Shown here piece after piece: positions 19,764-29,327 of a DNA stretch of 44,689 bases. Origin of the DNA: an uncultured Dehalococcoidia bacterium (GTDB taxonomy: Bacteria; Chloroflexota; Dehalococcoidia; Lucifugimonadales; OSU-TB39); the NCBI GenBank assembly GCA_964645865.1, contig CAZYCG010000004.1, positions 1-44,689 on the forward strand, in the 5' to 3' direction. Below the pieces are notes generated by a model. That model searched no databases. It was not told where the DNA came from and was given only the letters and a program-made list of their open reading frames with translations. Numbering within the stretch: the first letter of the stretch is position 1; each line of letters starts with the position of its first letter. The position numbers and the translations under genes were made by a program.

Positions 19764-20965
19764 TTGATTTTAATACGATTAATGATTTGATTAATGGTTT
19801 TATACCGGATAGTCTAGCTTGGCTAGGATATGCTGTTTCAGGGTTCGTTTATGCGTTTATGATAATAAACCTTGTAGTTATGACAACAGCCCTATATATA
19901 TGGTTTGAAAGACGTATGATGGCGAGGTTCCAATCACGTTTAGGCCCAAATAGATGGGGCCCGTTTGGGTTGTTGCAGCCGATAGCGGATGTGCTGAAAC
20001 TGCTAGCTAAAGAAGATGTTATCCCTACAGTTGCTGATAAAAAATTATTTGCCCTTGCACCTATCATTTTGTTATTCCCGGCATTAATCGTTTTCAGTGT
20101 AATACCGTTATCTGAAGATTCATTTCTGGGTGGGCTAAATGTGGGTGTTTTATTTGTACTGGGTGTAACTGGAATTAATACCATAGCAATTTTAATGGCT
20201 GGTTGGAGTTCTAGAAACAAATATGCTTTGTTAGGAGCGATGCGTGGTGTGGCGATGCTTATCAGCTATGAAGTTCCTATGGTTATAACTTTGTTGGGAA
20301 CCGTTTTGATGGCTGGGTCCATTTCTCTTTCGGGAATTGTAGCAAGCCAATCTGTATGGTTCATTATTACTCAACCATTGGGTTTTCTTGTATTTATAAT
20401 TGCTGCGTCAGCTGAAATGAGTAGAGCTCCTTTTGATATGATCGAATCTGAGTCAGAATTAGGATCTGGATATCATACAGAGTACAGTGGTATTAAATTT
20501 GGAATATTACAATTGGCTGAATTTATGGCGCCTATCGTAACCGCTGTGTTAGTGACAGTATTATTCCTCGGAGGAGCAAATTCACATTTTGGTATTCCAG
20601 GTCAATTTTGGTTTGTATTTAAAGTATTTTCCGTAGTGTTTGCTTTATTATGGGTGAGAGTAACTCTACCAAGATTAAGAGTGGATCAGATAATGGCATT
20701 TGCTTGGAAAGGTTTGTTGCCGATGGCGATAATTAATACTTTAGTTATAGCAATCGAAATTTATTTGTTTAATGATTCTGTAGGTGCTGTCCCAAGCATT
20801 AAAACTCAGCATCTATTAATAATGGCTGTAATTAATTGGGTTATAGCAGGTTTAACCGTTTATTTGATATCGCGCTTGATGATTAAATCGAGTTCAAGAG
20901 ATTCTATTTCTCAGGAACATGGAGATACTGATAAAGTGTTTTTAAATAAGGAGAGTGTAGTTTAA
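19760..20965 (+). CDS. nuoH: NADH-quinone oxidoreductase subunit H
   Basis: ERR..ARFQSRLGPNR.GPFGLLQPIAD, RAPFD..ESESEL, EYSG, LPRLRVDQ. Confidence 0.97.
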   Translation: MIDFNTINDLINGFIPDSLAWLGYAVSGFVYAFMIINLVVMTTALYIWFERRMMARFQSRLGPNRWGPFGLLQPIADVLKLLAKEDVIPTVADKKLFALAPIILLFPALIVFSVIPLSEDSFLGGLNVGVLFVLGVTGINTIAILMAGWSSRNKYALLGAMRGVAMLISYEVPMVITLLGTVLMAGSISLSGIVASQSVWFIITQPLGFLVFIIAASAEMSRAPFDMIESESELGSGYHTEYSGIKFGILQLAEFMAPIVTAVLVTVLFLGGANSHFGIPGQFWFVFKVFSVVFALLWVRVTLPRLRVDQIMAFAWKGLLPMAIINTLVIAIEIYLFNDSVGAVPSIKTQHLLIMAVINWVIAGLTVYLISRLMIKSSSRDSISQEHGDTDKVFLNKESVV

Positions 20966-20966
20966 T

Positions 20967-21638
20967 ATGTATGGTTTTGGTTTAATTAAAGCCTTTTCAG
21001 TTACTCTCAAGAATCTGTTGATTCCAAGTAGAATGTTTACTCATCATCAATATCCCGATCGTAAATTGGGTCCTTTAGATTTGGCGAAACAAGCGGATAA
21101 AAATATTTTACTTTATGTTATTCAAAATCCGAAAACTATAATAAAGTCATTGCTTGGATTGGTTGTACAATCTGATAAATTTCCCCAGCATGCAAGATTC
21201 AGAGGCCAAGAATTTGCTTGGTATGAACAGAGGTGCACAGGATGTGCTAGTTGTGCTAAGTATTGTCCGCTAGGAATTATAGAAATAGTGACTGGGCGTA
21301 GCGAGGATTACTTACAAGATGGTGGTAAATATAATATTGATGTATTCGATATAGATATTGGCAGATGCATGTTTTGTGGGTTATGTGTTGAAGCTTGTCC
21401 TTACGACGCTTTGCATATGGGCAGTGGGTTTGAGGAAGGTGTTTATGACAGACAAGATCTGATTGTTGATGTAGAAAAATTGAAAAAATCATCCAAGCAT
21501 CCTAGTGCTTGGTTTAGACCTCAATTGAATGAAGAAGATTATAATCCTCAAAAACATGATCCTCTCGAATGGACTCAAGTCGGAAGACATGTGAAACCTT
21601 CTTCAAAAGACCAACAAGGGAAATGGGCTGACCGTTAA
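20967..21638 (+). CDS. nuoI: NADH-quinone oxidoreductase subunit I
   Basis: Two CxxCxxCxxxCP motifs, QYP...RFRG; has an insertion and a C-terminal extension. Confidence 0.93.
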   Translation: MYGFGLIKAFSVTLKNLLIPSRMFTHHQYPDRKLGPLDLAKQADKNILLYVIQNPKTIIKSLLGLVVQSDKFPQHARFRGQEFAWYEQRCTGCASCAKYCPLGIIEIVTGRSEDYLQDGGKYNIDVFDIDIGRCMFCGLCVEACPYDALHMGSGFEEGVYDRQDLIVDVEKLKKSSKHPSAWFRPQLNEEDYNPQKHDPLEWTQVGRHVKPSSKDQQGKWADR

Positions 21639-22165
21639 TGGGTACTATCGAATCTACTATAGTTGTTGATATAGCTTTTTATGTTTTGAGCATTATTGTA
21701 CTTGCTGGTGCGATTGGTGTGGTAACAACTAAAAGTGTTTTTAGGGCGGGAGTGATGTTGATAGGTTCGTTTTTTGGTGCTGCAGGGCTGTTTATATTGA
21801 TGAGGGCAGAATTCATAGGGGTTGTCCAGATACTGATTTATGTTGGTGCAATTTCAGTATTATTATTGTTTGGAACTCTTATGACCAGAGATGTGGAGTA
21901 TGCCAGTTTAACCAATAACAAGAAAGTCCCAGGTATTGTAATATGCGCTACTTTACTCGCTGTATTCATATTTGTAATTGTTACTTCTCAATTAGACATT
22001 CAGAACATAAGTAACACTGCGGGGAATGATTCTTATATAAATGCGATTCCTTATTTAGCTGAACTGCTTATGAATGAATTTGTTGTCGTTTTTGAAATAG
22101 TATCGGTTTTGTTGTTAACTGCCATTATAGGCGGTTTGATGCTTGTCAGGGAGAATAGAAGTTGA
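21638..22165 (+). CDS. nuoJ: NADH-quinone oxidoreductase subunit J
   Basis: AEF.GVVQILIYVGAISVL, FEIVSVLLL. Confidence 0.95.
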   Translation: MGTIESTIVVDIAFYVLSIIVLAGAIGVVTTKSVFRAGVMLIGSFFGAAGLFILMRAEFIGVVQILIYVGAISVLLLFGTLMTRDVEYASLTNNKKVPGIVICATLLAVFIFVIVTSQLDIQNISNTAGNDSYINAIPYLAELLMNEFVVVFEIVSVLLLTAIIGGLMLVRENRS

Positions 22166-22494
22166 ATCTTGAGAACTTTCTTTTATTGAGTGCCATTTTA
22201 TTTTCAATTGGATTATATGGCGTCATATCCAAAAAAAATCTCATAATTGTATTGATGGGGCTAGAATTAATGTTTAATGCTATAAATATTAGTGCAGTAG
22301 CATTTTCTAGATACGTTACACCATATGCGCAATTGGATGGGCTGAGTAATACATTTTTAGTAGGTCAGGTATTTACTTTATTTATAATTACTGTATCAGC
22401 GGCGGAAGTGGCGCTAGGTGTAGCAATAATTTTTGCATTTTATAGAAACAAAAAACTGATTTCTGTGGAAAATGCTAATATTTTGAAAAATTGA
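22162..22494 (+). CDS. nuoK: NADH-quinone oxidoreductase subunit K
   Basis: LMGLELMFNA, GQVF.LF.ITVSAAEVALG; TTG start overlapping nuoJ stop. Confidence 0.95.
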   Translation: MNLENFLLLSAILFSIGLYGVISKKNLIIVLMGLELMFNAINISAVAFSRYVTPYAQLDGLSNTFLVGQVFTLFIITVSAAEVALGVAIIFAFYRNKKLISVENANILKN

Positions 22495-22538
22495 GATGAA
22501 TATATTTATAGGAAGTAATATTTCAAAGAGAATTAATA

Positions 22539-22733
22539 ATGTGGGTTGATTATATTCGTGTAAATAATTTAATGATAGCAACTATGTGGAAAGATGTTTT
22601 AGAAGGTGATGGATTGCCGACACATATATTACCTGCTGATAATATAGTTGATTGGTCTGAAGTAGGTTCCTTTAGAGTTCTAGTTCCTAAAGGAAGAGAA
22701 CATGTAGCTGATGAAATAATTAGGAAACTATAG
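22539..22733 (+). CDS. Small hypothetical protein (DUF2007/PII-like pattern) inside nuo operon
   Basis: 64 aa, A.MWK.VLE..G.P...V.VP....A.EII pattern; ends 3 nt before nuoL ATG. Confidence 0.7.
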   Translation: MWVDYIRVNNLMIATMWKDVLEGDGLPTHILPADNIVDWSEVGSFRVLVPKGREHVADEIIRKL

Positions 22734-22736
22734 TTT

Positions 22737-24683
22737 ATGAGTTTTACCATTGAATCTATAATCTGGGCAATATTTTTTATTCCTTTAATTTCTTTCATTT
22801 TATGTTTGTTTAAATTTAAGGTAGGCGAATCTAGAATAGCAGGGGTGATAACTGTTTTTAGCATAGGTGCGAGTTTCATCCTGTCTCTATATTCATTTAT
22901 CAAAATTTTGTCTGATACTCCTCTTCCTACGGAACGATTAACATCTTTTTCATGGATTGTAATTGATTCTTTTGATGTAACATTTGGAATTATATTAGAT
23001 CCGTTAACTGTTTCTATGTTGGTTGTGGTAACTTTTGTTAGTTTGTTAGTGCAGATTTATTCCATTTCATATATGAGCCATGATACTGGATATTCACGTT
23101 ATTTTGCTTATATGTCATTGTTCACTGCTTCAATGATAGGGCTTGTCATTGCTTCTAATGTAGTTCAATTATTTATTTTCTGGGAACTTGTGGGATTATG
23201 TTCATATTTGCTTATAGGATTTTGGTTTACAAAACCTAGCGCTGCCTCTGCAGCAAAAAAAGCATTTCTTGTCACACGTATAGGTGACTTTGGGTTTTTG
23301 ATTGCTATATTGTATTTGATATTTAACACTGATGGGGTTTCTCAGTTTGGTAATCCATTATCTATTGTTGATTTAGGTGTGAATATTGGTGAGGCTATCA
23401 AATTGGGATTAATAGCTCCAACAGTTGTTACTTGGATAGCTGTTGGTATATTTGCTGGAGCTGTTGGAAAATCAGGGCAATTTCCTTTACATGTCTGGTT
23501 GCCTGATGCTATGGAAGGTCCGACTCCAGTTAGTGCATTAATACACGCAGCTACAATGGTTGCCGCAGGAGTGTTTTTGGTTGCTAGATTTTTCCCTTTG
23601 TTTTCTTCTTCAACTACAGCAATGTCGATAGTAGCATTGGTTGGTGGTGCCACTGCTCTTTTAGCGGCGATTTTGGCGCTAGTAATGGTTGATATTAAAA
23701 AGGTGTTGGCTTATTCAACTGTCAGTCAGCTTGGGTACATGATGTTGGCTTTAGGTGTTGGCGCCTATGGCCCAGCTATATTCCATTTAGTGACTCACGC
23801 ATTTTTCAAGTCTCTTTTATTTTTGGGAGCTGGTAGTGTAAATCATGCGACTGACACTTATGATATGAATGATATGGGTGGATTGCGAAAAAAGATGCCA
23901 AAGACGCATATCACGTTCGCCGTAGGAGCCTTTAGTTTAATTGGAATATTCCCGTTGTCTGGATTTTGGAGCAAAGATGAAATTTTGGGTTATGCCTTAG
24001 ATGCTGGCACAGATATAAGCGTAATTGTTTTCATATTGGGAGCAGCTTCAGCTATAGCTACTGCTTGTTACGTTACGAGAATGATGTGGATGACGTTTTG
24101 GAAATCGGAATCTAAGAATATCCTTGATAGAGGAAATTCTGTACACGAATCACCTAATTTGATGGTGATTCCTTTGTATGTTTTGAGTTTTATAAGTATT
24201 GGCATTGGGTTTTTACTGAATCCACCAATTTCGTTAGGAGTAGTTAAAAAACACTGGTTTAATTCATTCTTAGATTCTCATGCTCATCATGTTGAATTTA
24301 ATATAATATTAGGTATTTGCTTGTTGGTTGCTTCTATTGTGACTGTTGTAATTACCCTTTGGTTTTATAGAAATTCTATAAATCAAATCCTAAAGGGTGA
24401 AGTTTATAATCGAATATATTTGTTTATTTTTAATAAGTATTATATTGATTATCTCTATGAAAAAGTTTTCGTTTTCAAAATATTTTACGATGTTGTTTGT
24501 AAATTTACCGACTGGTTTGATCGTAACATAGTTGACGGAGTTTCTACTTTAACTACCCGAGTGACCTTTCAGGCAGGTGTGATATTGGGATTAATTCACA
24601 CGGGGCAAACACAACTTTATGCTTTATTTATGGTCGTTGGATTTTTGGGTCTTGTTTTATGGTATTTGGTAGGAGCAGGTTAA
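22737..24683 (+). CDS. nuoL: NADH-quinone oxidoreductase subunit L
   Basis: WELVGLCSYLLIGFW, GKSGQFPLHVWLPDAMEGPTPVSALIHAATMV, HAFFKS. Confidence 0.97.
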   Translation: MSFTIESIIWAIFFIPLISFILCLFKFKVGESRIAGVITVFSIGASFILSLYSFIKILSDTPLPTERLTSFSWIVIDSFDVTFGIILDPLTVSMLVVVTFVSLLVQIYSISYMSHDTGYSRYFAYMSLFTASMIGLVIASNVVQLFIFWELVGLCSYLLIGFWFTKPSAASAAKKAFLVTRIGDFGFLIAILYLIFNTDGVSQFGNPLSIVDLGVNIGEAIKLGLIAPTVVTWIAVGIFAGAVGKSGQFPLHVWLPDAMEGPTPVSALIHAATMVAAGVFLVARFFPLFSSSTTAMSIVALVGGATALLAAILALVMVDIKKVLAYSTVSQLGYMMLALGVGAYGPAIFHLVTHAFFKSLLFLGAGSVNHATDTYDMNDMGGLRKKMPKTHITFAVGAFSLIGIFPLSGFWSKDEILGYALDAGTDISVIVFILGAASAIATACYVTRMMWMTFWKSESKNILDRGNSVHESPNLMVIPLYVLSFISIGIGFLLNPPISLGVVKKHWFNSFLDSHAHHVEFNIILGICLLVASIVTVVITLWFYRNSINQILKGEVYNRIYLFIFNKYYIDYLYEKVFVFKIFYDVVCKFTDWFDRNIVDGVSTLTTRVTFQAGVILGLIHTGQTQLYALFMVVGFLGLVLWYLVGAG

Positions 24684-24724
24684 TTTAAAATTATGGAAAA
24701 TAGATTTAGGGTTTAAAAGATAAA

Positions 24725-26239
24725 TTGGAAAATATACCTATATTAACTGCTATTGTGTTTGCGCCTTTTATAGGTGCAGGTGTTATTGCTTTATTTATTC
24801 GTGATCATAGCAAAGTACGTATATGGAGTTTGTGTTTTGTAGTAATAGAATTGTTGTTATGTTTGATAGCATTTTTTTCATATGAAAGATTGCACCCCGA
24901 TCAATTTCAACTAGTAGACAAAAGCGATAATTGGATTTCATTTTCTAAATATACCCTTTCATATCATTTAGGAGTTGATGGAATCAGCTTGCCATTGGTG
25001 TTGCTGAATGGAATATTGGGTGTCGTTGCAGTGATGGCTTCATGGAAAATAGCATATAAGGTTCCCAAATACTTTGCACTTTTGCTAGTTTTGCAGGGAG
25101 CAGTCATGGGAGTGTTTACTTCTCTTGATTTAATTCTGTTTTTTATTTTTTGGGAAATAGAATTGGTCCCGATGTATTTCCTTATTTCTCAGTGGGGAAG
25201 TGGAAGGAAAGAATATTCTGCTATGAAATTCTTGATTTTCACATTTTTAGGTAGTGCATTTATGTTTATTGGTATTATTGGGGTAGCCTTGAGCGTAGGA
25301 AGTTTCAATATAGATGGACTAGCTGAATTAGTTAGAAATAACGATGCTGCTTTCATAATACCTCAAGCCATTATTTTCGGTTTGTTATTTATCGGATTTG
25401 CTGTTAAACTCCCGGTTTGGCCTATACATACTTGGCTGCCTGATGCACACACAGACGCTCCAACTGCCGCAAGTGTGATGTTAGCTGGTGTTTTGTTAAA
25501 GATGGGTGGATATGGCATTCTAAGACTTTGCGTTTCTTTATTCCCCGAAGTTATGCTTGATGGAGCTGGTCATATATTGATTGTTGCCGGCATGATTAAC
25601 GTAATATACGGGGCATTGATTACATTGAGGCAAACTGATTTAAAACGTTTGATAGCATTTAGTAGCATAAGTCACATGGGTCTGGTTCTAATAGGTATTG
25701 CGTCTTTGAATGTTAATTCCTCTCACATCGGTTTAACTGGAGCCTCAATGCAAATGTTCACACATGGCACAATAACCGGATTAATGTTTTTGGTTGTAGG
25801 TTTTATTTATGAAAAAACTCACACTAGACATATACCAGACTTGGGTGGTTTGGCTGCAAGAATGCCAATTATATCAATTGTGTTTGTGATAGCTGGATTG
25901 GCTTCACTGGGTTTGCCAGGAACAAGTGGGTTTGTTTCAGAATTATTAGTATTTGTCGGGACTTTCCCTATTTGGCAATGGTATACGGGTATAGCTGCTT
26001 TTGGGATAGTTATAACAGCTGGTTATATCTTATGGATGATTGAACGTACTTTGTTCAGAGAACCCAGAGAAAGATTTTCTGATATTAAAGATGCAAGTCG
26101 TTTTGAGATGATACCTATGCTACTTTTACTTTTTGTAATAATAGCAGTTGGAGTTTACCCTTCGATTATCAGTGATTTGTTTAATGAAGGTTCAATTGAA
26201 ATAATGCAGAATGCAATTGCATCTGTTCAGGTAAATTGA
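24725..26239 (+). CDS. nuoM: NADH-quinone oxidoreductase subunit M
   Basis: GVDGIS, FWE..LVPMYF, VKLP.WP.HTWLPDAH, KMGGYG, LGLPG.SGFVSE; TTG start. Confidence 0.96.
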   Translation: MENIPILTAIVFAPFIGAGVIALFIRDHSKVRIWSLCFVVIELLLCLIAFFSYERLHPDQFQLVDKSDNWISFSKYTLSYHLGVDGISLPLVLLNGILGVVAVMASWKIAYKVPKYFALLLVLQGAVMGVFTSLDLILFFIFWEIELVPMYFLISQWGSGRKEYSAMKFLIFTFLGSAFMFIGIIGVALSVGSFNIDGLAELVRNNDAAFIIPQAIIFGLLFIGFAVKLPVWPIHTWLPDAHTDAPTAASVMLAGVLLKMGGYGILRLCVSLFPEVMLDGAGHILIVAGMINVIYGALITLRQTDLKRLIAFSSISHMGLVLIGIASLNVNSSHIGLTGASMQMFTHGTITGLMFLVVGFIYEKTHTRHIPDLGGLAARMPIISIVFVIAGLASLGLPGTSGFVSELLVFVGTFPIWQWYTGIAAFGIVITAGYILWMIERTLFREPRERFSDIKDASRFEMIPMLLLLFVIIAVGVYPSIISDLFNEGSIEIMQNAIASVQVN

Positions 26240-26258
26240 CTAAGTTGAAAAAAACATC

Positions 26259-27797
26259 ATGAGTATTCAAGATTTACAATTTATAACGCCGGAAGTAACC
26301 ATAATGGTTTTGGCTTTAGCGGTGTTACTTATTGATTTGCTATTAAAAGATTCAAAATATGTTTCTTTTACATTCAGCGTTTCAAGATTGTTAACATACA
26401 TTCTTGTTATAGGATTATTGATTGCTTTGGGATTGATAGTCACATTGTGGTTGGGTTTGGATTGTAAAGCTGACTATTTTGTAATGTCTTGGATGACTTG
26501 TGATGAAAATGCTGTTTTGTCTGTTAACTTCAAATATTTGACTATAGATAAATTTAGTTTGATGGCTAAATTTATCTTGGTAGCAACCACGATACTTGTT
26601 GGGATTGTATCGAGTGAATATTTCTCCAAATCTTTTAAGTTCAAGGGTGAATATTATTCTCTTCTTTTATTTTCTCTTTTAGGAATGATGCTACTTGTAT
26701 CTTCAACTGAGATGATAACTTTATATGTCGCCTTGGAATTATCTACTTTGCCATTGATAGCCCTATCTGCGATAACACGTAGTAACAGCGGATTAGAAGC
26801 GAGTGTGAAATTCATTATTTTAAGTGCCGTAAGTTCAGCCTTTTTGCTCTATGGATTGGTTATGCTTTATGGGGTAACTGGTACGACAGATTTAGCAAAC
26901 ATTAATAATGCTATAAGCCTTCAATCATCAATAAGCAATTTGATGTTATTAGCTATAATACTTGTTGTTGTTGGGTTTGGATTTAAATTGACTGCTGTTC
27001 CATTTCATATGTGGACCCCCGATGTTTATCAAGGTTCTCCTTTGCCGATAACAATATTTTTGTCGATAGCTAGTAAAATAGCTGTAATAACTGTAGCTAT
27101 ACGACTGTTTCACGATAATTTGTCGATTCTGTCTGATGATTGGGTTAAAGCAATTTTTGTACTTGCGGTAGCTTCAATGACTTTAGGTAATCTTGTTGCG
27201 TTAACTCAAAACAACGCCAAAAGGTTGTTGGCGTATAGCAGTATCGCTCATAGTGGCTATATGATGATTGGGTTAGCATTATTGCCTAGTGGTTCAAACG
27301 GGATAGCAACGGGTGGGTCAGCGATAATTTTTTATCTAGTTGGTTACGCGATGATGAATCTTGTGGCATTCTCAATAATATATATAGTCAAAAATAAAAC
27401 AGGAAATTATGATATCAAGTCATTAGAAGGGTTTGGGTATGCTTCTCCAATATTAGGAATATCGTTGACGATAGCATTAATATCTTTGATAGGGCTTCCA
27501 CCTACGGTTGGATTTATGGGCAAGTTTTATTTGTTTTCTGTAGCTATTGAACATGAAATGACATGGTTAGTGATAATCGGAGTTATTAATAGCGTTGTTT
27601 CTTCTTATTACTATCTTAGGATTGTAAAAGCTTTGTACAGTAACAAACAGCAAGCTTATGGAAATATACCAATTATAAGAGGGATTCCGATTATAGCTAT
27701 TTTGTGTACTATTGGGATAATAGTTTTGGGTGTGTATCCTGGCTATTTTATAGGTTTAGCTGAAGAGGCAATCAAAGTACTTTTGTCTCCTGTATAG
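26259..27797 (+). CDS. nuoN: NADH-quinone oxidoreductase subunit N
   Basis: FKLTAVPFHMWTPDVYQGSP, KRLLAYSSIAHSGY, GLPPTVGF.GK, YYYLR. Confidence 0.97.
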   Translation: MSIQDLQFITPEVTIMVLALAVLLIDLLLKDSKYVSFTFSVSRLLTYILVIGLLIALGLIVTLWLGLDCKADYFVMSWMTCDENAVLSVNFKYLTIDKFSLMAKFILVATTILVGIVSSEYFSKSFKFKGEYYSLLLFSLLGMMLLVSSTEMITLYVALELSTLPLIALSAITRSNSGLEASVKFIILSAVSSAFLLYGLVMLYGVTGTTDLANINNAISLQSSISNLMLLAIILVVVGFGFKLTAVPFHMWTPDVYQGSPLPITIFLSIASKIAVITVAIRLFHDNLSILSDDWVKAIFVLAVASMTLGNLVALTQNNAKRLLAYSSIAHSGYMMIGLALLPSGSNGIATGGSAIIFYLVGYAMMNLVAFSIIYIVKNKTGNYDIKSLEGFGYASPILGISLTIALISLIGLPPTVGFMGKFYLFSVAIEHEMTWLVIIGVINSVVSSYYYLRIVKALYSNKQQAYGNIPIIRGIPIIAILCTIGIIVLGVYPGYFIGLAEEAIKVLLSPV

Positions 27798-27825
27798 TAG
27801 CTGCTTGAATTAGCTAAACCTTCAA

Positions 27826-27855
27826 TTGACAATTTTTGTGGCACCTTGCTAGACT
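27826..27855 (+). promoter_or_regulatory. sigma70-type promoter for nadK-NUDIX-M20-PAC2 run
   Basis: TTGACA-18 nt-TAGACT with TG extension. Confidence 0.5.
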
Positions 27856-27896
27856 GAGTTTCTATGCTAGTTTTTTTGTTAAGAGAATTAATTTGA

Positions 27897-28724
27897 ATGG
27901 TTTCTGAAAATCTCATAGGATTTATTTATAAAGAGAATTCTTCCCAAGCGATGAAACTTGTGAATTCAATTATTGAAGATTTCGCCCTTGAAAACAACTC
28001 TTGGGTATTAAGCTCTCCGGAACTTCATGTAGATAATGAACAGTTAAAGGAAACTGCATTGATCATTGTTGCTGGAGGAGATGGTACTATTCTTAAAATA
28101 GCAGGGGTTTCAGCTGTTCACAGTATACCGATTGTCGGCATAAATCTAGGTAGAGTAGGTTTTATGACAGAAATCGAACCTGAGGAAATCAAATCAAAAC
28201 TTAGTAAATATTTGTGTCTTGAAACAAGATTAGAGAAACGAATGATGCTAGAAGTGAATATTTCGGGTAATGAAAAGTCAGGACTGCATGCATTGAATGA
28301 TGTAGTTATTTCTCATTCTGTAGTTGGGAATTTGATTGATCTTTCAATTAAAGTCGATGATGTTTTCATAGATAAATATAGAGCTGATGGTGTGATAATT
28401 GCTTCTCCCACCGGAAGTACTGCTTATTCATTTTCAGCAGGTGGTCCGATAATGTTTCCCGAAGCTAAAAACATACTGATTCAACCATTGGTTCCACATA
28501 TGAAAATAGGCAGGGCGATGGTTATTTCAGGCGAATCTACAGTTGAGGTAGGTATAGAAAACGCTAATCAAGCAATTATGACTGTAGATGGCAAACAATA
28601 TGAAACGCCTGTTACTCAAAACAATCAAGTAACCGTTTGTAAGAGTCCATATATTGCTACTTTTCTAAGGGAAAAAGATCCTAAAGCATTTTACAAGGAT
28701 TTATTTGAATTTTTGTCCAACTGA
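27897..28724 (+). CDS. nadK: NAD kinase
   Basis: GGDGT, GINLGRVGF, LND, ADG..IASPTGSTAYSFSAGGP. Confidence 0.95.
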   Translation: MVSENLIGFIYKENSSQAMKLVNSIIEDFALENNSWVLSSPELHVDNEQLKETALIIVAGGDGTILKIAGVSAVHSIPIVGINLGRVGFMTEIEPEEIKSKLSKYLCLETRLEKRMMLEVNISGNEKSGLHALNDVVISHSVVGNLIDLSIKVDDVFIDKYRADGVIIASPTGSTAYSFSAGGPIMFPEAKNILIQPLVPHMKIGRAMVISGESTVEVGIENANQAIMTVDGKQYETPVTQNNQVTVCKSPYIATFLREKDPKAFYKDLFEFLSN

Positions 28725-28750
28725 CTTGTTATTCAAATAAACTATAAAAA

Positions 28751-29290
28751 TTGACTGAAAATAATCATTTCGAAATTATAAAAACAGATGAAGTCTACAA
28801 GGGACATGCTTTTTCTGTAGACGTCGATGAGTTACGGTCAAAATCAGGGTTGGTTTTTGAAAGGTCTGTTGTGAACCACCCTAGGTCAGTAGTAGTCCTT
28901 CCAGTGGATGCTAAAGGTAACTTGGTTTTGGTAAGGCAATATAGGCACCCAGCAGGAATTTATCTTTTAGAGGCACCAGCGGGTAAACTAGAGGGTAATG
29001 AATCGCCTATTAAATGTGCACAAAGGGAATTACAGGAAGAAATAGGATATAAAGCGTCTAATTTAAAATTGGTGACTGAATTTTATGTAAGTCCTGGATA
29101 TAGTACTGAATATATGTATGCTTACCTGGCTACTGGATTAGAACCAAGCGTTCTTGAACCAGATTTTGATGAATTTATAGAAGTTGAACGGTATCCGATC
29201 AGCGAAATACATGAATTGATAACTAAAGGTTTAGTAAAAGATTTGAAAACAATTATGATAATGATGTATTTAGAAAAAAATGTGAAATGA
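28751..29290 (+). CDS. NUDIX hydrolase (ADP-ribose pyrophosphatase-like)
   Basis: RQYR, Nudix box PAGKLEGNESPIKCAQRELQEEIGY, SPG. Confidence 0.92.
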   Translation: MTENNHFEIIKTDEVYKGHAFSVDVDELRSKSGLVFERSVVNHPRSVVVLPVDAKGNLVLVRQYRHPAGIYLLEAPAGKLEGNESPIKCAQRELQEEIGYKASNLKLVTEFYVSPGYSTEYMYAYLATGLEPSVLEPDFDEFIEVERYPISEIHELITKGLVKDLKTIMIMMYLEKNVK

Positions 29291-29327
29291 AAAATTCATT
29301 TATTTTAAAGTGAATTGGGGAAATGTA

